Assembly: GCA_043228905.1 (NCBI GenBank)
Contig: JBHGNT010001360.1
Coordinates: 1 to 9,425, forward strand
From: Azolla caroliniana
Taxonomy: Eukaryota; Plantae; Polypodiophyta
Direction: 5' to 3'
DNA length: 9,425 nt
Part shown: positions 6,844 through 9,425 of the stretch, piece by piece
How the letters are laid out: every line of letters begins with the position of its first letter
Numbering within the stretch: the stretch's first letter is position 1
Made by a program: the position numbers and the translations under genes
The notes under the pieces: model-generated
The model's database searches: none
What the model was told of the DNA's origin: nothing
Seen by the model: the letters and a program-made list of their open reading frames with translations, nothing else

Positions 6844-7527
6844 TGTCCTGGGAAATTCCAGCTACAGGGGAAAAAGTAACGGAATGCGCATGAACGAGCG
6901 GGGGTATGTGCGTGGATGCGCTCAAATATGGCTTTATGTATAAACACATGTAAATAACATAGGACTAGTAAGCGTTAGGAACTAGGATTCAATAGGTACT
7001 TAAATGTTTGCATGAATAGAGTGGAATGTGGGAGTTTGAAGCGAGGAGATCGAGGGAAATCTCTCTCCAAAGCGGCGGTTTAACTACTTGATGTAACAAC
7101 CCTCTCTCTCCTTGGTCTATAAAAGGAGGGAGAGAGGACTGAGGAGGGATCCACATTTGAGGAGGACAAAGTGTTGTCGGTTTAGGGATCGAGCTCTATG
7201 TCTCTCTCTCATTTTCTGTTTGGTGCACGATTTGGTTGGAAGCCTCTGATCGCATAGGAAGCCCGTGTGCTCCTGACAGAGGCTCCCCGTTGTGTCTCGG
7301 TGTCTCCGCCCGTCTGTGCGTCTGTGCGTCTTTTGTGTGACTAGCCCTTGCTTTGACTCCGGTCGAGCCGGTTGTATATTGTTATTCCCGTAATCTATAA
7401 TATTCATTTGCTATCCTGTTTCGGTCCCCCCTTGTCTTCTTCTTCTCCTCCTTCTTCCTTCACTCCTTGGTCTAAGGCCCCTGCGTCCCGCCTTAGCCGT
7501 TGCACGTATACGCGTATAACCGCGATA
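6844..7527 (+). repeat. 5' LTR of element C (~684 bp)
   Basis: Starts TGTCCTGGGAAATTCCAGCTAC exactly where integrase similarity stops; this end is homologous to the reverse complement of 6182-6203. TATAAAA at 7118-7124. Ends CCGCGATA (decayed ...GACA) just before the PBS. Confidence 0.75.
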
Positions 7528-7531
7528 TATT

Positions 7532-7549
7532 TGGTGAACCCCACGTGAA
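7532..7549 (+). other. Primer-binding site of element C (tRNA-Trp-like)
   Basis: TGGTGAACCCCACGTGAA versus TGGTGAACCCGACGTGAA, the complement of the recalled tRNA-Trp 3' end (1 mismatch). It starts with the canonical TGG, 4 nt after the LTR. Confidence 0.78.
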
Positions 7550-7572
7550 ACAGGCGGTAGAGGAGTCCAAAG

Positions 7573-9087
7573 ATGAGAGCGGTAGCAGTTGATCGCTTGG
7601 TGAACGGTCGAGAGGGCATGGTGCCCTTGATAGGGCCATCGAGGTAATCGTCAGCACGATAGGCCGATTCGTAGAAAAGGACGCGACAAACTATCTCAGG
7701 CCGAGAGGATAATGAGGGACATCCTGGAGGATAGACGGCTGTCGGGATTCCCTCGGTTGCTGACACCGAGCATGCATACGAAGGTGGTTGAGGTACAAGC
7801 TGGCTGCCGGAACTAGGAGGAGTTCGAAGAACGATTCCTCGAGAGGTACGGGATTGACGACTTGCTTTGGTTGTTGAAACGAGAGTTCATGGAGTGGGTC
7901 AACAGCCCCAGACAAGGGGTGAACACGTCGGTGCTCCTCCAGGTTGATACGAGCGGCATCCTACTTTTCATCAAGTCGGTGGATGCACTTGATCGAGAGA
8001 AGGTGGTTCTCCTACTGGATACGGACGAAGGACTCACTCACGGCCGATTGGGCCGTGGTAAAAAGGGTTTGTACCCGTTTTGACAAATGGTGAGAATGGA
8101 ATGATCCAGAGTCGTAGACGACCGACGCGGGAACCGGGAGGAAGTTAGAGGAGCCGATTCCGGTGTGGACGGAAGAGACTCGAAGGTGGCTCGAGTTGGG
8201 CACGGTCCCAACTAATGCGGTCAAAGGCCCATCCGGGGGCGCAACTCTAGAAGAGCTGACGAAGATGGTACACGATCTCTAGATCGCACAGGCCCGGAGG
8301 GATAGCGGGGGACAGTCGCGGGACGAAGGCCTCCGGCTGACCAACGATGTATGTGGTGTGACGCGGTCAATCACGTTTGAAGAGAGTGCGTCGACTTTGC
8401 CGAGGCACTCAGAAGTAACGTAGTGTACCTATGGAATGGGCGGGTGCACACATGCGAGACCCGGAAACCCCTAGAATTGAATACCACTCGAGGCGGAATG
8501 ATGCGGTTATTGGAAGAAGCCACGACGCGACATGCTGAGGCTGTCCACTACTCAGTGTCGGCTGGCATCCAGGTTGGAGGTGATGGCGGTGGAAAGGTGA
8601 AGGATTCCGGGTTCTGGCCGTTGGTGTTGGAATGCCTTTCCGGCGTAAGGTTGAGGACGGAGGAAGCAGACCGCGCGGAAAGGCGGGTCTGAGAGGTCAC
8701 TGGATGGGATGATCCGGTCGAAGAGACGATTGGTTTCGTAGAGGCCTCATGCCAGAACTACAAGGTTCTGGTGGAGGATAAGCGAGCGGGGAAGGGTAGA
8801 GGAACCGGAGCCGAAACCGACAACCGGTACGAGATGCGGGGCACTCCGAAGAAGAACGACGTCGGGGTTTCCAGCTCGCAAGGAAGGTTGAAGCCGGTAG
8901 GTTATCGATTGGGTTCGGAAACAGAAAGGGCGATGGACTTGCGGAAAGTCCTTGAAGAGAGAATCCTCGACGACAGGGTAGAGTTGTATCTAAGAGAAGT
9001 GCTAGGAATCGCCAAGAAGGAGTTCCATGACATGGACTTGGTGAAGCGTAAGAGGCTCGCGACGAAGCCGGAGCCGGAGAGGCCCGT
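7573..9087 (+). pseudogene. gag: Gag pseudogene of element C with CCHC zinc knuckle and pre-protease linker
   Basis: Multiple stops and frameshifts. CMWCDAVNHV*REC (CX2CX4HX4C) at 8348-8389. The same frame continues through TGA 8690 to ...DLVKRKRLATKPEPERP at ~9087 and is homologous to the ORF at 3710..2991. Confidence 0.8.
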
Positions 9088-9425
9088 TGTCACGGTAGTC
9101 CGCGCACGCGTGTTAGATCCAGGGCGGAACCACATGGGTCTTGGACCAGAGAGAGACGGAGTATGGAAGTTCAAGCTTCACTGTTTCCCACGACCGGCTA
9201 GGACACCAACCAGAGCATTTCCGGATACGTACCAAGAGCAACCGAGAGGAAAAAGGACGGTGCACGCAACACTGACTAGACTCACGCATCCTATGTATAG
9301 AAACCAGAAAGAAGGAACTCCAAAGACACCAACACACACACAAATGCACAGAAATTCACTAATATATATATATATAAGAACAAGATACAACTCCGGCCTT
9401 GAACCGGACCAAGGTCGGTTAGGTT
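9088..9425 (-). mobile_element. Element G: LTR end of a further insertion into C, right-truncated by the window
   Basis: Homology to B stops at 9087 and TGTCACGG begins at 9088, the exact reverse complement of F's LTR end CCGTGACA. AC-rich and (TA)n tracts at 9325-9376 read as a GT-rich U5-like region on the minus strand. Orientation is inferred. Confidence 0.65.

Larger units (their letters stand above)
6844..9087 (+). mobile_element. Element C: decayed non-chromovirus Ty3/gypsy related to B (5' LTR, PBS, gag), cut by G
   Basis: LTR, PBS and gag occur in order and are colinear with the reverse complement of B. Confidence 0.85.

Noticed and set aside
6393-6893. 166-aa ORF as a functional stand-alone integrase or IS-type transposase
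   Set aside because: It begins after an in-frame TGA that splits the integrase, the first catalytic Asp is Asn, and the last ~16 codons come from the C LTR.
9362-9376. (TA)n tract, and (CT)n at 2903-2920
   Set aside because: Short microsatellites that are common in plant LTRs; not informative.
5182-9390. Remaining 60-143-aa ORFs in LTR and antisense-gag regions
   Set aside because: They lie within LTRs, are antisense to decayed gag or integrase, or span insertion junctions. Only 5179-5394(-), 7862-8083(+) and 8423-8692(+) include real gag remnants.

Overview
The window is eukaryotic, most likely land-plant, heterochromatin-type DNA made entirely of nested LTR retrotransposons. A bryophyte or lycophyte host is my inference. 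I found no host gene, RNA gene or CRISPR array. About seven separate insertions can be delimited from TG...CA termini, polypurine tracts (PPT), primer-binding sites (PBS) and interrupted reading frames. (F) 1-1999 (+): 3' half of a chromodomain-bearing Ty3/gypsy with an open RNaseH-end/integrase/chromodomain frame, PPT and a 353-bp 3' LTR. (E) 2000-2995 (+): 3' end of a Ty1/copia-like element with a decayed hydrophilic reading frame, PPT and a 366-bp LTR. (B) 2996-6203 (-): decayed non-chromovirus gypsy (5' LTR, tRNA-Trp-like PBS, gag, protease). (D) 3911-5266: 1356-bp solo LTR inserted in B's gag, with a 274-bp tandem duplication. (A) 6203-6843 (+): relic integrase, the oldest layer. (C) 6844-9087 (+): a second, diverged member of B's family, head-to-head with B (LTR, PBS, gag with CCHC knuckle). 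(G) 9088-end: another LTR inserted into C. I see no convincing evidence for a new biological system. The most interesting points are the four-layer nesting, the Trp-type PBS, a D-H-G protease motif, a cryptic ~210-codon charged frame in the copia-like 3' region, and structured, ATGCAT-rich LTR promoters.
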